Position numbers and translations under genes: made by a program. Below, piece after piece: positions 30,931 to 39,870 of a stretch of 42,368 nucleotides of DNA. The notes under the pieces are model-generated. The model was not told the origin of the DNA and ran no database searches. It saw only the letters and a program-made list of their open reading frames with translations. How positions within the stretch are numbered: position 1 is the stretch's first letter; each line of letters begins with the position of its first letter. Source of the DNA: a virus (Duplodnaviria; Heunggongvirae; Uroviricota; Caudoviricetes); the IMG/VR virus record IMGVR_UViG_2737471817_000007, positions 1-42,368 of that record; one strand, written 5' to 3'.

Positions 30931-31320
30931 TCAGGCGGCTGCACCCGCCGTTTTCTCGTACTTACTGATAGTGATCTCGACCTTCCCTCCCGGGATAACC
31001 GGTCCCCACTCCACCAGCATTCTTTTCACCTGGCTGTCGTCTTCCCACACACCCGCGTGGGTCAGAACGTCAAACAGCGCCTTGTTATAGTTGTCCAGAT
31101 CGCGGATCCTGTTATCCGGAGGAAACAACACGATCTCCACTGAAGCAGGTGCCGACGTTGGTTTCGGCAGACGACGTAACTGTTCAACTATTGCTGCGCA
31201 CGCCGCGCTCTGAAATTTTCGCCCCGCCGCGCTTATCAGGCTCTTACCTGCAAATGCCCCTTTGTTGGGGTGTCGCCAATACGTGTTCACGCTGGGCGGG
31301 AAAGGCAAGATCAGCTTCAT
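30931..31320 (-). CDS. rusA: RusA-family Holliday junction resolvase
   Basis: 129 aa; size, acidic DxD region and position match phage RusA. Confidence 0.6.
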   Translation of the reverse strand: MKLILPFPPSVNTYWRHPNKGAFAGKSLISAAGRKFQSAACAAIVEQLRRLPKPTSAPASVEIVLFPPDNRIRDLDNYNKALFDVLTHAGVWEDDSQVKRMLVEWGPVIPGGKVEITISKYEKTAGAAA

Positions 31321-31643
31321 ACTTTCAGGCCCCTCTCATGTAACCAGTGGGCTGCACGCAGCCTGGCGTTTTCCTCACCGGCAAGCAGTGCGCGGATAAT
31401 CCCGACCGCCTCACTGTCGTCGTCCTTCACCGCGGTATGAAGCGTTATCCCCCGGGCCACGCCACGCTTTATCGTGATGACGCCTTTTTTCTCCAGTGCG
31501 CGAAGATGCTCCACCGCTGCATTCACCGAACGGTATCCCAGCATGGTTGCCACCTCCTGATTGGTTGGCGGGAAGCCACGTTCTTTCTGGTAAGAAATCA
31601 GCATATCCAGCACCTGCTGCTGGCATTGAGTTAACGTCGTCAT
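31317..31643 (-). CDS. LexA-like N-terminal DNA-binding domain protein (no peptidase domain)
   Basis: 108 aa; QQQVLDMLISYQKERGFPPTNQEVATMLGYRSVNAAVEHLRALEKKGVI closely parallels the LexA winged-helix domain. Confidence 0.6.
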   Translation of the reverse strand: MTTLTQCQQQVLDMLISYQKERGFPPTNQEVATMLGYRSVNAAVEHLRALEKKGVITIKRGVARGITLHTAVKDDDSEAVGIIRALLAGEENARLRAAHWLHERGLKV

Positions 31644-32326
31644 GCCGCCATCTCCCTGACCAGTTTTTCCGCCTGCTGGCGAACCTGCGCCAGAAAGGCC
31701 TCACCACATGCCTCAAGTTCATCGCGCCCGATGTAGCTGATTGCCGGTCCCTTCCAGGTCTTGTCGAAAACAGCAATAGCACCAGCGAAGAACGCTCCTG
31801 TAGGCACCTGCTTCTCATCCTTCGGGATAAACCAGGCAGGCAGTTCAAAACCAATACGCCCGCGAATAAAAGCAATATGGTCTGCATCTTCCGGCCACCA
31901 AACTTCGCTGGTGGCAGCTTTGATCAGGAAAACATAGCGCCCGCCTTTATCACGCATGGCACTGGCATGTTTCATGATGTAACGCATGCCGGTGATGTAT
32001 TGCCCCTCATGCTGACTGGCGCGGCTGTACGGGGGATTACCAAAGGCAGCACCTTTAAGCTCCGCAAGACGTTCAGACCAGTCATGCGCCAGCGCGTTGT
32101 CTTCCGCAGTGTAATAAGCGGCACATTTGGCGTTATCACCATCAGTGAACAGATCCAGAACAAACGGGCCAAACAGGGTGTTAATTCCCCAGAAAATGTT
32201 GTCCGGCGTGCGCCACTGATCGCCCACTTCCTTCAGTTCATGGGCTGGTTTGTTCCGCAGCTCCACCAGCGCCTGGCAATATTTATTACTCATTAAGCCC
32301 CCACGTAATTCCCTGACAGATACCAC
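31640..32326 (-). CDS. Phage N6-adenine DNA methyltransferase (Dam-like, orphan)
   Basis: 228 aa with FGNPPYS (motif IV, NPPY). Confidence 0.7.
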   Translation of the reverse strand: MVSVRELRGGLMSNKYCQALVELRNKPAHELKEVGDQWRTPDNIFWGINTLFGPFVLDLFTDGDNAKCAAYYTAEDNALAHDWSERLAELKGAAFGNPPYSRASQHEGQYITGMRYIMKHASAMRDKGGRYVFLIKAATSEVWWPEDADHIAFIRGRIGFELPAWFIPKDEKQVPTGAFFAGAIAVFDKTWKGPAISYIGRDELEACGEAFLAQVRQQAEKLVREMAA

Positions 32327-32859
32327 TCTTCACCCGATGCAGCGCGCTTGCTGCTTTTCTGTAAGCACTGCTCACGACGCGCCAAAAAATTGTTTCGTTC
32401 TGGCTGGGAGTGGCTTTCACGGAATGCCGCCATCCACACCGTTGCAGCACGACGGTATAGGCCCCTGGACTCCAGTTCTTCAGCCTGGCTGGTCAGGCAC
32501 AAAATCACCCGGGGGTCGTTAGTGCCGACATAGAAATTGCGCACAGGTCTGGTTTCACGAACTTGTTGTGGTTCCGGCTCCTGCGCTCTCTCAGTCAGGC
32601 GCGGGAAATGTCTGCGTGTATCCCCTTCACAACGGTGAGCCACACGCCCACTCTGACGTAACTTGCTTGCTGACTGCAGAACGCGCTGCCGTGAGTAACC
32701 AGCAAAAGCATCTGCAATGTCTCCGGAAGTACACCCCGGATGGGCTTCAATGAATTTCTGAACGTCATTCAAAAGACTCATGATCACCCCCTGAATCCTG
32801 CCGGGATCTGGCTGTAGTCCACATTGTCGTAACTGGCTTTGAAGTACGGGTCTTCGCAT
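32293..32859 (-). CDS. Hypothetical protein (likely true start about 32780, coupled to the O-like gene stop)
   Basis: 188-aa ORF; downstream of and overlapping the replication gene. Confidence 0.4.
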   Translation of the reverse strand: MRRPVLQSQLRQCGLQPDPGRIQGVIMSLLNDVQKFIEAHPGCTSGDIADAFAGYSRQRVLQSASKLRQSGRVAHRCEGDTRRHFPRLTERAQEPEPQQVRETRPVRNFYVGTNDPRVILCLTSQAEELESRGLYRRAATVWMAAFRESHSQPERNNFLARREQCLQKSSKRAASGEEWYLSGNYVGA

Positions 32860-33725
32860 TTTTCTGTGTGCGTGCTGACGGACGGCGATAAGCGCAGGGA
32901 AAGCTCATCCCATTTTTCCCGCAGCTTCGACGGGCTGAGCACGTTACGGCACCAGAACGGATCGCGGCTGACGCGGCTGTACATCTCGCAGATTTGTTTG
33001 TGAGTACGACCATCCTGCACACACATCAGGCGAATTTCGTTTGCCCAGGCTGTCCAGTTCGGTTCTTTGGGACGAACCACCTCGCCGTCACATTCGGCAG
33101 CCTGCTCGTACAGGGCGATGATTTTTTTCCAGAACCACTGTGCGCAGGTCAAATCATCCTGCGTTCCCCACTGGCGCTTTTTAGGGCTGAATACAACCGC
33201 ATCAGGATGGCGAGTTAAAAAATCCTGTTCATCCGTCTGCGTGTCCGGTTGCGAAGCGTCCGGACGAGAAGGTTTTTTATCTGACGGATCATGTTTTGAT
33301 TTTACTGACGGATCCCCGCCAGATTCTGACGGGTGAAAACCCGCTTTTTTGCCAGATTTCGACGCATCAAATTTTGACGGGTCAGATTTTGATGCGTCAG
33401 ATTTTGACGGGTCAGAATCTGACAGTTGAGAAAATGCCGCTGCCTGAAGCTTCGCAACGTTAAGCTGATAAACATTCGACGCATTGCGGTTACCCTGGCG
33501 ACGCGCCTTACGCGTTAACCAGCCTTCTGCTTCCAGCCGTGCGATAGCCGTTCTGACGGTACTCATCCCCGCGCCAATCTGACGGGCAATGGTTTCAATT
33601 GATGGCCAGCACACACCTTCGTCATTACTGAAATCAGCCAGGCGGGCCATAATTGCCACGCTGGATAATTTCATGCCTGACGCTGCGCAACCATCCCATA
33701 CATAGCCGGTTAATTTAGTGCTCAT
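32784..33725 (-). CDS. Replication initiation protein (lambda O-like, N-terminal HTH) with internal iterons
   Basis: 313 aa; N-terminal HTH; repetitive SKSDASKSDPSKFDASKSG segment encoded by tandem DNA repeats. Confidence 0.6.
   Translation of the reverse strand: MSTKLTGYVWDGCAASGMKLSSVAIMARLADFSNDEGVCWPSIETIARQIGAGMSTVRTAIARLEAEGWLTRKARRQGNRNASNVYQLNVAKLQAAAFSQLSDSDPSKSDASKSDPSKFDASKSGKKAGFHPSESGGDPSVKSKHDPSDKKPSRPDASQPDTQTDEQDFLTRHPDAVVFSPKKRQWGTQDDLTCAQWFWKKIIALYEQAAECDGEVVRPKEPNWTAWANEIRLMCVQDGRTHKQICEMYSRVSRDPFWCRNVLSPSKLREKWDELSLRLSPSVSTHTEKCEDPYFKASYDNVDYSQIPAGFRG
33278..33430. repeat. Iteron array (candidate origin of replication) inside the O-like gene
   Basis: At least six approximately 15-bp direct repeats of cagattttgacgggt type. 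Confidence 0.5.
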
Positions 33726-33734
33726 GACCGACCT

Positions 33735-34073
33735 CTATTTCCCTGAATTTACGACGAAACTGTTCGAGCGGACTGAAGCACTCATGCTCATAGCCTTCGC
33801 GGAGGTAGATAACCCGTTGTGTTTCCGGTTCCCAACGAATGACTCTGACGGGCACTCCGTAGTGATCTTTGAACCAGCGGTTAACTTGTCGCAAAGGACT
33901 GTCTCCTTCTGCCGGTTGAAATCACCCACAGCCCACTCTGCAAAGCTGTGGGTTACAATTTCCCTGTCACCTGGTACATTTACTGCATAGCAATACTCCA
34001 CCTTCGCTTTTCCACCCGGTACAGGAAGCGCAATCAGTTGCGAGCGACGGTAGTGTGTTGTTAAACTGTTCAT
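33735..34073 (-). CDS. Hypothetical early protein
   Basis: 112-aa ORF tightly packed between the CII/YdaT-like and O-like genes. Confidence 0.4.
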   Translation of the reverse strand: MNSLTTHYRRSQLIALPVPGGKAKVEYCYAVNVPGDREIVTHSFAEWAVGDFNRQKETVLCDKLTAGSKITTECPSESFVGNRKHNGLSTSAKAMSMSASVRSNSFVVNSGK

Positions 34074-34633
34074 GCGTTAGTTTCTCCACAGTCACGACAC
34101 GCCACGGCGCCCGGAGCTGCACACTCGCGGGCGTCACTACTTTCTGAAACGCAAAAGATTTTGTAGACCAGAGCTGCATGCTCCTGCAGCTTCGAAATTG
34201 AGAGGTACAGCTCATCGTTAATTGCTGTCTTCTCATGCGGTTCCACTACACCGTCTTCAATTGCTGAACGAATCTGTTTTGAATAACTGCCGATCTGTTC
34301 AATGACTTCCAGCAGGCGTTGGTTGATATCGGCGTTGTCCACATCCTCGACATCAGGAAGAGACACAAAGACGCCATTTGCAGACTGCGCCACAGCGTCA
34401 GCAATGAAGTGAGTTCCACCAGCACGTTGCAAAATCATTGCCCATCCCAGCGGGAAAATCTGATCGCCATCGGCACGAAGGCGGTTAAATAATGCGTGCT
34501 CTGTTACATCCAGCCAGTCAGCAGCTTCAGCGTACCCCCCCGGCAACGCTGCGATAGTTTTTCTGACAGCTTTCACGTACCACTCAGGCTGTTTTTCTAC
34601 TTTCCAGTGATGCTTACCCACGGTTAGCCTCAT
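34070..34633 (-). CDS. CII-like / YdaT-family regulatory protein
   Basis: 187 aa directly downstream of cro in the rightward-operon equivalent. Confidence 0.4.
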   Translation of the reverse strand: MRLTVGKHHWKVEKQPEWYVKAVRKTIAALPGGYAEAADWLDVTEHALFNRLRADGDQIFPLGWAMILQRAGGTHFIADAVAQSANGVFVSLPDVEDVDNADINQRLLEVIEQIGSYSKQIRSAIEDGVVEPHEKTAINDELYLSISKLQEHAALVYKIFCVSESSDARECAAPGAVACRDCGETNA

Positions 34634-34664
34634 CGTTCTGTGGTTAAAAATTGAAAGTGTTCTG

Positions 34665-34865
34665 CTAATCTTTCGGATAGATATCCGGTCTTAAGTCAGA
34701 TTTCGTAATTGCACCTGACGTGCATTGCTCAAGTTTTTTAGCCAGCACAAAACTGGCTTTTTTATAGCCATTGAAAACCAGCCGTAAGTAGCCAGGTGTT
34801 GAGCCAACTTTTCCGGCCAACTCGCCCTGCTGTTCTTTGGTTAAAGAGTCCCAATACGCTTTCAT
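34665..34865 (-). CDS. cro: Cro-like repressor (YdaS/Cro HTH family)
   Basis: About 66 aa from MKAYWDSLTKEQQGELAGKVG; divergent from the CI gene across the operator region. Confidence 0.6.
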   Translation of the reverse strand: MKAYWDSLTKEQQGELAGKVGSTPGYLRLVFNGYKKASFVLAKKLEQCTSGAITKSDLRPDIYPKD

Positions 34866-34955
34866 ACAATATGTACCTCCAGTGTACATATTACATGATT
34901 AAAATGAACCTTCAAGATACTTGTACCTTAACGGTACAAGGGTTTTAATTTCGTT
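34866..34955. promoter_or_regulatory. Immunity switch: divergent promoters with palindromic operators
   Basis: atatgtac-N7-gtacatat (about 34869-34891) and cttgtacc-N5-ggtacaag (about 34919-34939). Confidence 0.55.
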
Positions 34956-35630
34956 ATGAAAACAATCCATGACATCCGGCGGTCTAACGCCAGAAAACTG
35001 AGAGATGGTGTTGGCGGGAATTCTTCCTTTGCCACTATGATTGATCGCGAGCCAACCCAGACCAGCAGGTTTATGGGAGATGGTGCTACTAAAAATATCG
35101 GTGACAGCATGGCACGACACATCGAAAAATGTTTCGACCTGCCTGTTGGATGGCTCGATCAAGAACACCAGACAACGAACATCACAAAAAAACCTGATGT
35201 TTCAATCACTAATAAACAAATCACATTAGTCCCTGTCATATCATGGGTACAGGCCGGAGCATGGAAAGAAGTTGGATATTCTGAGGTTGATTTGAGCACA
35301 GCAGAAACGTATCCCTGCCCTGTACCCTGTGGGGAAATGACTTATATCTTGCGGGTGATAGGTGATTCAATGATTGATGAGTACCGCCCGGGAGACATGA
35401 TTTTTGTCGATCCTGAAGTACCAGCCTGCCACGGTGACGACGTTATTGCATTGATGCACGATACAGGTGAAACCACCTTCAAAAGGTTGATAGAAGATGG
35501 GACACAGCGTTATCTCAAAGCGTTAAACCCAAACTGGCCTGAGCCTTACATTAAGATCAACGGTAATTGCTCTATAATTGGAACTGTGATTTTCTCAGGA
35601 AAACCAAGAAGATACAAAATCAAAGCCTAA
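34956..35630 (+). CDS. cI: CI-type prophage repressor (HTH + S24 LexA-like peptidase domain)
   Basis: 224 aa; C-terminal GDSM ... FKRL Ser/Lys dyad region typical of S24 autoproteolytic repressors. Confidence 0.75.
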   Translation: MKTIHDIRRSNARKLRDGVGGNSSFATMIDREPTQTSRFMGDGATKNIGDSMARHIEKCFDLPVGWLDQEHQTTNITKKPDVSITNKQITLVPVISWVQAGAWKEVGYSEVDLSTAETYPCPVPCGEMTYILRVIGDSMIDEYRPGDMIFVDPEVPACHGDDVIALMHDTGETTFKRLIEDGTQRYLKALNPNWPEPYIKINGNCSIIGTVIFSGKPRRYKIKA

Positions 35631-35642
35631 TCAATGTTTATG

Positions 35643-35665
35643 AACCTGCTTCGGCAGGTTTTTTT
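35643..35665 (+). terminator. Intrinsic terminator after the repressor gene
   Basis: cctgc-ttcg-gcagg stem plus T7. Confidence 0.6.
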
Positions 35666-35669
35666 ATAC

Positions 35670-35706
35670 TTGACAATGTACCCATGAGATACATAATGTA
35701 CCCAAG
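35670..35706 (+). promoter_or_regulatory. PL-like early-left promoter with overlapping TGTACCC operator repeats
   Basis: TTGACA, 16-17 bp spacer, cATAATg; tgtaccca repeated across the spacer and downstream. Confidence 0.5.
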
Positions 35707-35786
35707 AGAAACAACGAACAGGCAGGACGCCCACGAAGTAGCCGCCTGGGGCATATAAAGTCTAGGGTGATTCGTTAGCAACAAAA

Positions 35787-35819
35787 AAGCGCCCTACAGG
35801 ACGCTTAGCTCTTTAACAA
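35787..35819 (+). promoter_or_regulatory. Hairpin plus rrn-type boxA (GCTCTTTAACAA): candidate antitermination (nut-like) site
   Basis: 35808-35819 is identical to the ribosomal-operon boxA core; preceded by a short stem-loop as in rrn leaders. Confidence 0.45.
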
Positions 35820-35864
35820 TCTGGTCCCCATCAACAAGTAACTGATAACTTGAGGAGGTGTGAA

Positions 35865-36071
35865 ATGCACAAAACAGAACCCACAATCGTCGCGCCCGGA
35901 TACACAAATGAGGAAATTTACGAGTGGATGGCAAAGAAGCTGGCAGCTATAAACCAGCTTCGTGAAGTGCTGTCTTATCGACAGGAAACAATAGACTCCT
36001 TAAAAAAACTGGATCAGGAAATCACGGTTTTATCACAGGATGTTACTTTAGATATTGTGCAGACAAATTAG
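35865..36071 (+). CDS. Hypothetical first early-left protein (about 68 aa)
   Basis: GAGGAGG Shine-Dalgarno 5 nt before the ATG at 35865; the ORF track starts at 35850. Confidence 0.4.
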   Translation: MHKTEPTIVAPGYTNEEIYEWMAKKLAAINQLREVLSYRQETIDSLKKLDQEITVLSQDVTLDIVQTN

Positions 36072-36477
36072 GATCCCATTCATTTTCGTCAAAATCATCA
36101 AAGTGATGAATTTGTGATCTCCAGTCTCGATAATCTAAAAATTTCTGGGCGGTTACGCTTATTTTATCAAGTGTGAGTTCATCCTGAATTGAAAGAAGAA
36201 GTTCATCAAATTTCATCTCATTAATCTGTTTTGGCATCCAGTGATGCTTCATCAGAATAAGGTGAACCAGAGCCTTTTTCCCATTCAACTGATTATAGGG
36301 AGTGCCGAATTTCTTCCGGTGCTCATGTAAGACAAGGTCCAGAAGAGTAAGTAATGTTGCCCTTGATTCCACTTTGCTTATTTCGACTGATGACACTACC
36401 CCACTGATTTCAATGCCCCGATACTTTCCAACATTTTCACAGTGGGATTTGTACAGCGTGTAGATATTACCGGACAT
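36043..36477 (-). CDS. Low-GC moron protein of unknown function, antisense to the early-left operon
   Basis: 144 aa; AT-rich; own Shine-Dalgarno; direct repeats in its upstream region. Confidence 0.55.
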   Translation of the reverse strand: MSGNIYTLYKSHCENVGKYRGIEISGVVSSVEISKVESRATLLTLLDLVLHEHRKKFGTPYNQLNGKKALVHLILMKHHWMPKQINEMKFDELLLSIQDELTLDKISVTAQKFLDYRDWRSQIHHFDDFDENEWDPNLSAQYLK

Positions 36478-36619
36478 TTCTTTTCCTTTTGCGTTGTTGG
36501 GGATAACCAGATTAACCGAATCCTTGTTGTTGGGGAATAACCAGGTCCACCTCGCCTGATGTGGCTAAAAGCAGGCACATAACAGCTAAGTATTTTTAAC
36601 CAGAGAGAATCCTTAGCGT

Positions 36620-36930
36620 TGTGGTGAATGCGGCTCAGCGCACGCGGGTTAAGGTTGAGGCTGACAGTCGACCTTCTGTGGATACCCACCCGTCTGGTGT
36701 GCAACCTTCGCCAGGCACCGGGAGGCACCCGGCACCACAACTTTATGCTGTGTGTAGTCCTGGAGGTACCAGTTTGTACCCTTGCTTCCGGCTGGTACCG
36801 TCCTTTTTACAAAACAGAGAAGAGCATCACCGGACGACGGGCTCATAACCCAATCCATCCGGGCGGCTGCCACCGCAGGTGTTCTTCTCTGTTTTGTGGA
36901 GAAACTAATCGGCCTTGCAGGGTCGATATG
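36620..36930. other. GC-rich untranslated region with nested inverted repeats and operator-like TGTACC motifs
   Basis: IR acaaaacagagaagag (36809-36824) / ttcttctctgttttgt (36883-36898); ggtaccag ... ctggtacc (36765-36799); ctggaggtacc resembles operator O1. Confidence 0.45.
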
Positions 36931-36945
36931 ATGAGGAGCAGCAAA

Positions 36946-37308
36946 ATGGCTAGCGAACGCAGTACTGATGTGCAGGCATTTATCGGGGAGCTGGACGGCG
37001 GCGTATTTGAAACCAAAATCGGCGCAGTTCTCAGTGAAGTCGCTTCCGGTGTGATGAACACGAAAACCAAAGGTAAGGTCTCACTCAACCTGGAAATCGA
37101 ACCATTTGATGAGAACCGTGTGAAAATCAAACACAAACTCTCATATGTTCGCCCGACTAACCGCGGGAAAATTTCCGAAGAAGACACCACCGAAACGCCG
37201 ATGTATGTCAATCGCGGTGGTCGCCTGACTATTCTGCAGGAAGACCAGGGACAGTTACTGACTCTTGCCGGTGAACCTGACGGAAAACTCCGCGCAGCAG
37301 GTCGTTAA
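36946..37308 (+). CDS. Hypothetical early protein, same length as CPS-53 YfdP (120 aa)
   Basis: AGGAG Shine-Dalgarno before the ATG at 36946; the upstream part of track ORF 36628-37308 is Arg/Cys-rich read-through of the GC-rich region. Confidence 0.5.
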   Translation: MASERSTDVQAFIGELDGGVFETKIGAVLSEVASGVMNTKTKGKVSLNLEIEPFDENRVKIKHKLSYVRPTNRGKISEEDTTETPMYVNRGGRLTILQEDQGQLLTLAGEPDGKLRAAGR

Positions 37309-37373
37309 TATCGTTTTTAATTAACTGATTATTTATCTCATCACTGAATATCTTTATATAGTGAGGACTTATT

Positions 37374-38198
37374 ATGTCTCAGAACTTAGACGCAACCGCA
37401 ATTAATCAAATCCATGCCCTTATTTCTGCTCAGGGTGTTAATGAAATTATCAGTAAGATTGGTGCCGATGCTGTGGCATTGCCTGAGAATTTCCGCATTC
37501 ATGATCTGGAAAAATTTAATTTAAATCGCTTCCGTTTCCGTGGTGCGCTTTCCACTGCCAGCATCGATGACTTTACCCGTTATTCTAAAGATCTTGCAGA
37601 TGAAGGCACCCGCTGCTTTATCGATGCTGATAATATGCGTGCCGTCAGTGTGCTTAACCTGGGTACTATTGATGAACCAGGTCACGCAGATAACACCGCC
37701 ACACTCAAACTGAAAAAGACAGCACCGTTCTCTGCTCTGTTGTCTGTTAACGGCGAGCGTAACTCCCAGAAGTCACTGGCAGAATGGATTGAAGACTGGG
37801 CCGACTATCTTGTGGGCTTTGATGCTAATGGTGACGCTATTCAGGCAACAAAAGCGGCTGCGGCTGTCCGTAAAATCACGATTGAAGCAAACCAGACCGC
37901 TGATTTTGAAGATAATGACTTCAGCGGCAAACGCTCCCTGATGGAGTCTGTCGAAGCGAAGACCAAAGACATTATGCCAGTGGCATTTGAATTTAAATGC
38001 GTTCCGTTTGAAGGTCTGAAAGAACGTCCGTTTAAATTACGCCTCAGTATTATCACTGGCGATCGTCCTGTACTGGTTCTGCGCATTATTCAGCTGGAGG
38101 CGGTGCAGGAAGAAATGGCTAACGAATTTCGTGATCTGCTTGTTGAGAAATTCAAGGACAGCAAAGTAGAAACCTTTATTGGTACTTTCACCGCCTGA
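37374..38198 (+). CDS. Hypothetical early protein, same length as CPS-53 YfdQ (274 aa)
   Basis: Position and length in a YfdP-Q-R-S-T-like series; similarity asserted from memory, not verified. Confidence 0.5.
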   Translation: MSQNLDATAINQIHALISAQGVNEIISKIGADAVALPENFRIHDLEKFNLNRFRFRGALSTASIDDFTRYSKDLADEGTRCFIDADNMRAVSVLNLGTIDEPGHADNTATLKLKKTAPFSALLSVNGERNSQKSLAEWIEDWADYLVGFDANGDAIQATKAAAAVRKITIEANQTADFEDNDFSGKRSLMESVEAKTKDIMPVAFEFKCVPFEGLKERPFKLRLSIITGDRPVLVLRIIQLEAVQEEMANEFRDLLVEKFKDSKVETFIGTFTA

Positions 38199-38325
38199 TT
38201 TCATTACTGCAAATGCCCTTGCGGGGGCATTTATGGAAACGTAATTTACTCAATAATCGCCGGATGGTGAGGGATTCTTTTTACCAGAATTCAGCGCGGT
38301 GCAGCGCATATACGTGGAGAACAAA

Positions 38326-38862
38326 ATGTCATTTATTAAAACTTTTTCCGGGAAGCATTTTTATTATGACAGGATAAATAAAGACGACATCGATATTAAC
38401 GATATCGCGGTTTCCCTTTCAAATATCTGTCGCTTTGCCGGTCATCTTTCGCACTTCTACAGCGTCGCCCAACATGCGGTTCTTTGCAGCCAGTTGGTGC
38501 CGCAGGAATTTGCTTTTGAAGCGTTAATGCATGATGCAACAGAAGCGTATTGCCAGGACATTCCCGCACCACTGAAACGCCTTCTTCCTGACTATAAACA
38601 AATGGAAGAAAAAATAGACGCCGTAATCCGTGAGAAATACGGGTTACCCCCAGTTATGAGTACGCCCGTGAAATATGCCGATCTCATCATGCTGGCAACC
38701 GAACGCCGCGATCTCGGGCTTGATGATGGCTCTTTCTGGCCTGTACTGGAAGGTATCCCGGCAACAGAGATGTTCAACGTGATTCCACTGGCACCGGGCC
38801 ATGCCTACGGGATGTTTATGGAACGCTTTAACGAGTTATCGGAGTTACGCAAATGCGCATGA
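38326..38862 (+). CDS. HD-domain phosphohydrolase (YfdR-like 5'-deoxynucleotidase)
   Basis: H ... HD ... D metal-binding pattern (AQHAVLCS, MHDATEAY); 178 aa from MSFIKTF. Confidence 0.6.
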   Translation: MSFIKTFSGKHFYYDRINKDDIDINDIAVSLSNICRFAGHLSHFYSVAQHAVLCSQLVPQEFAFEALMHDATEAYCQDIPAPLKRLLPDYKQMEEKIDAVIREKYGLPPVMSTPVKYADLIMLATERRDLGLDDGSFWPVLEGIPATEMFNVIPLAPGHAYGMFMERFNELSELRKCA

Positions 38863-39215
38863 ATGTTTTCGAAATGGAAGGGTTTCTTCGTGGGAGATGT
38901 GTACCGCGAGATCTGAAAGTAAATGAAACAGATGCTGAATACCTGGTGCGTAAATTCGATGCGCTTGAAGCTAAATGTGCAGCACAGGAAAACAAAGTAA
39001 TACCAGTGTCAACTGAACTGCCACCAGCAAATGAAAGTGTTTTGTTATTCGATGCTAACGGAGAAGGCTGGCTAATTGGCTGGCGTTCTCTCTGGTACAC
39101 CTGGGGACAAAAAGAAACCGGAGAATGGCAGTGGACATTTCAGGTCGGGGACCTTGAAAACGTCAATATCACTCACTGGGCAGTAATGCCAAAAGCACCG
39201 GAGGCTGGAGCATAA
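38853..39215 (+). CDS. Hypothetical early protein, same length as CPS-53 YfdS (120 aa)
   Basis: Operon position and length. Confidence 0.45.
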   Translation: MRMNVFEMEGFLRGRCVPRDLKVNETDAEYLVRKFDALEAKCAAQENKVIPVSTELPPANESVLLFDANGEGWLIGWRSLWYTWGQKETGEWQWTFQVGDLENVNITHWAVMPKAPEAGA

Positions 39216-39520
39216 TGACCACTTTTACCGACAAAGAACTGATTAAAGAAATTAAAGAGCGTATCAGCAGCCTTGACGTGCGAGACGATATTGAGCGCCG
39301 TGCTTATGAAATCGCACTCCTATCTCTGGAAGTAGAACCAGATGAACGCGAAACTTATGAATTATTCATGGAAAAGCGTTTCGGTGACTTAGTAGATCGT
39401 CGGAGAGCAAAAAACGGCGATAACGAATACATGGCATGGGATATGACTCTCGGTTGGATCGTCTGGCAGCAACGAGCTGGTATCCATTTTTCAACAATGT
39501 CACAGCAAGAGGTGAAATAA
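39215..39520 (+). CDS. Hypothetical early protein, same length as CPS-53 YfdT (101 aa)
   Basis: Operon position and length. Confidence 0.45.
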   Translation: MTTFTDKELIKEIKERISSLDVRDDIERRAYEIALLSLEVEPDERETYELFMEKRFGDLVDRRRAKNGDNEYMAWDMTLGWIVWQQRAGIHFSTMSQQEVK

Positions 39521-39870
39521 TGGAGCCATACAGCCTCACACTCGATGAGGCCTGTCATTTTCTCAAGATATCCAGACCGACTGCCATTAACTGGATACGC
39601 ACAGGGCGTCTTCAGGCAACACGCAAAGATCCCACTAAGAATAAATCTCCTTACCTCACAACACGACAAGCCTGCATTGCGGCTCTTCAGTCTCCGCTGC
39701 ATACTGTCCAGGTGAGCGCGGGTGATGGCATAACAGAGGAAAGAAAATGTCACTCTTCCGCAGAGGTGAAATATGGTACGCCAGTTTCACATTGCCGAAC
39801 GGTAAAAGATTTAAACAGTCTCTTGGAACAAAGGACAAAAGGCAGGCGACAGAACTCCATGACAAGCTAA
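39520..39870 (+). CDS. xis: Excisionase (AlpA/MerR-like HTH)
   Basis: [34 protein letters not shown] immediately upstream of and overlapping int. Confidence 0.55.
   Translation: MEPYSLTLDEACHFLKISRPTAINWIRTGRLQATRKDPTKNKSPYLTTRQACIAALQSPLHTVQVSAGDGITEERKCHSSAEVKYGTPVSHCRTVKDLNSLLEQRTKGRRQNSMTS

Noticed and set aside
33278-33430. Tandem short repeats that could be mistaken for a CRISPR array
   Set aside because: They lie inside a continuous ORF (the O-like gene), have a period of about 15 bp with no unique spacers and no cas genes; iterons are the better explanation.
36628-36945. N-terminal 100 codons of track ORF 36628-37308
   Set aside because: The translation is Arg/Cys-rich low-complexity read-through of a GC-rich inverted-repeat region; a good Shine-Dalgarno and start at 36946 give a 120-aa protein instead.
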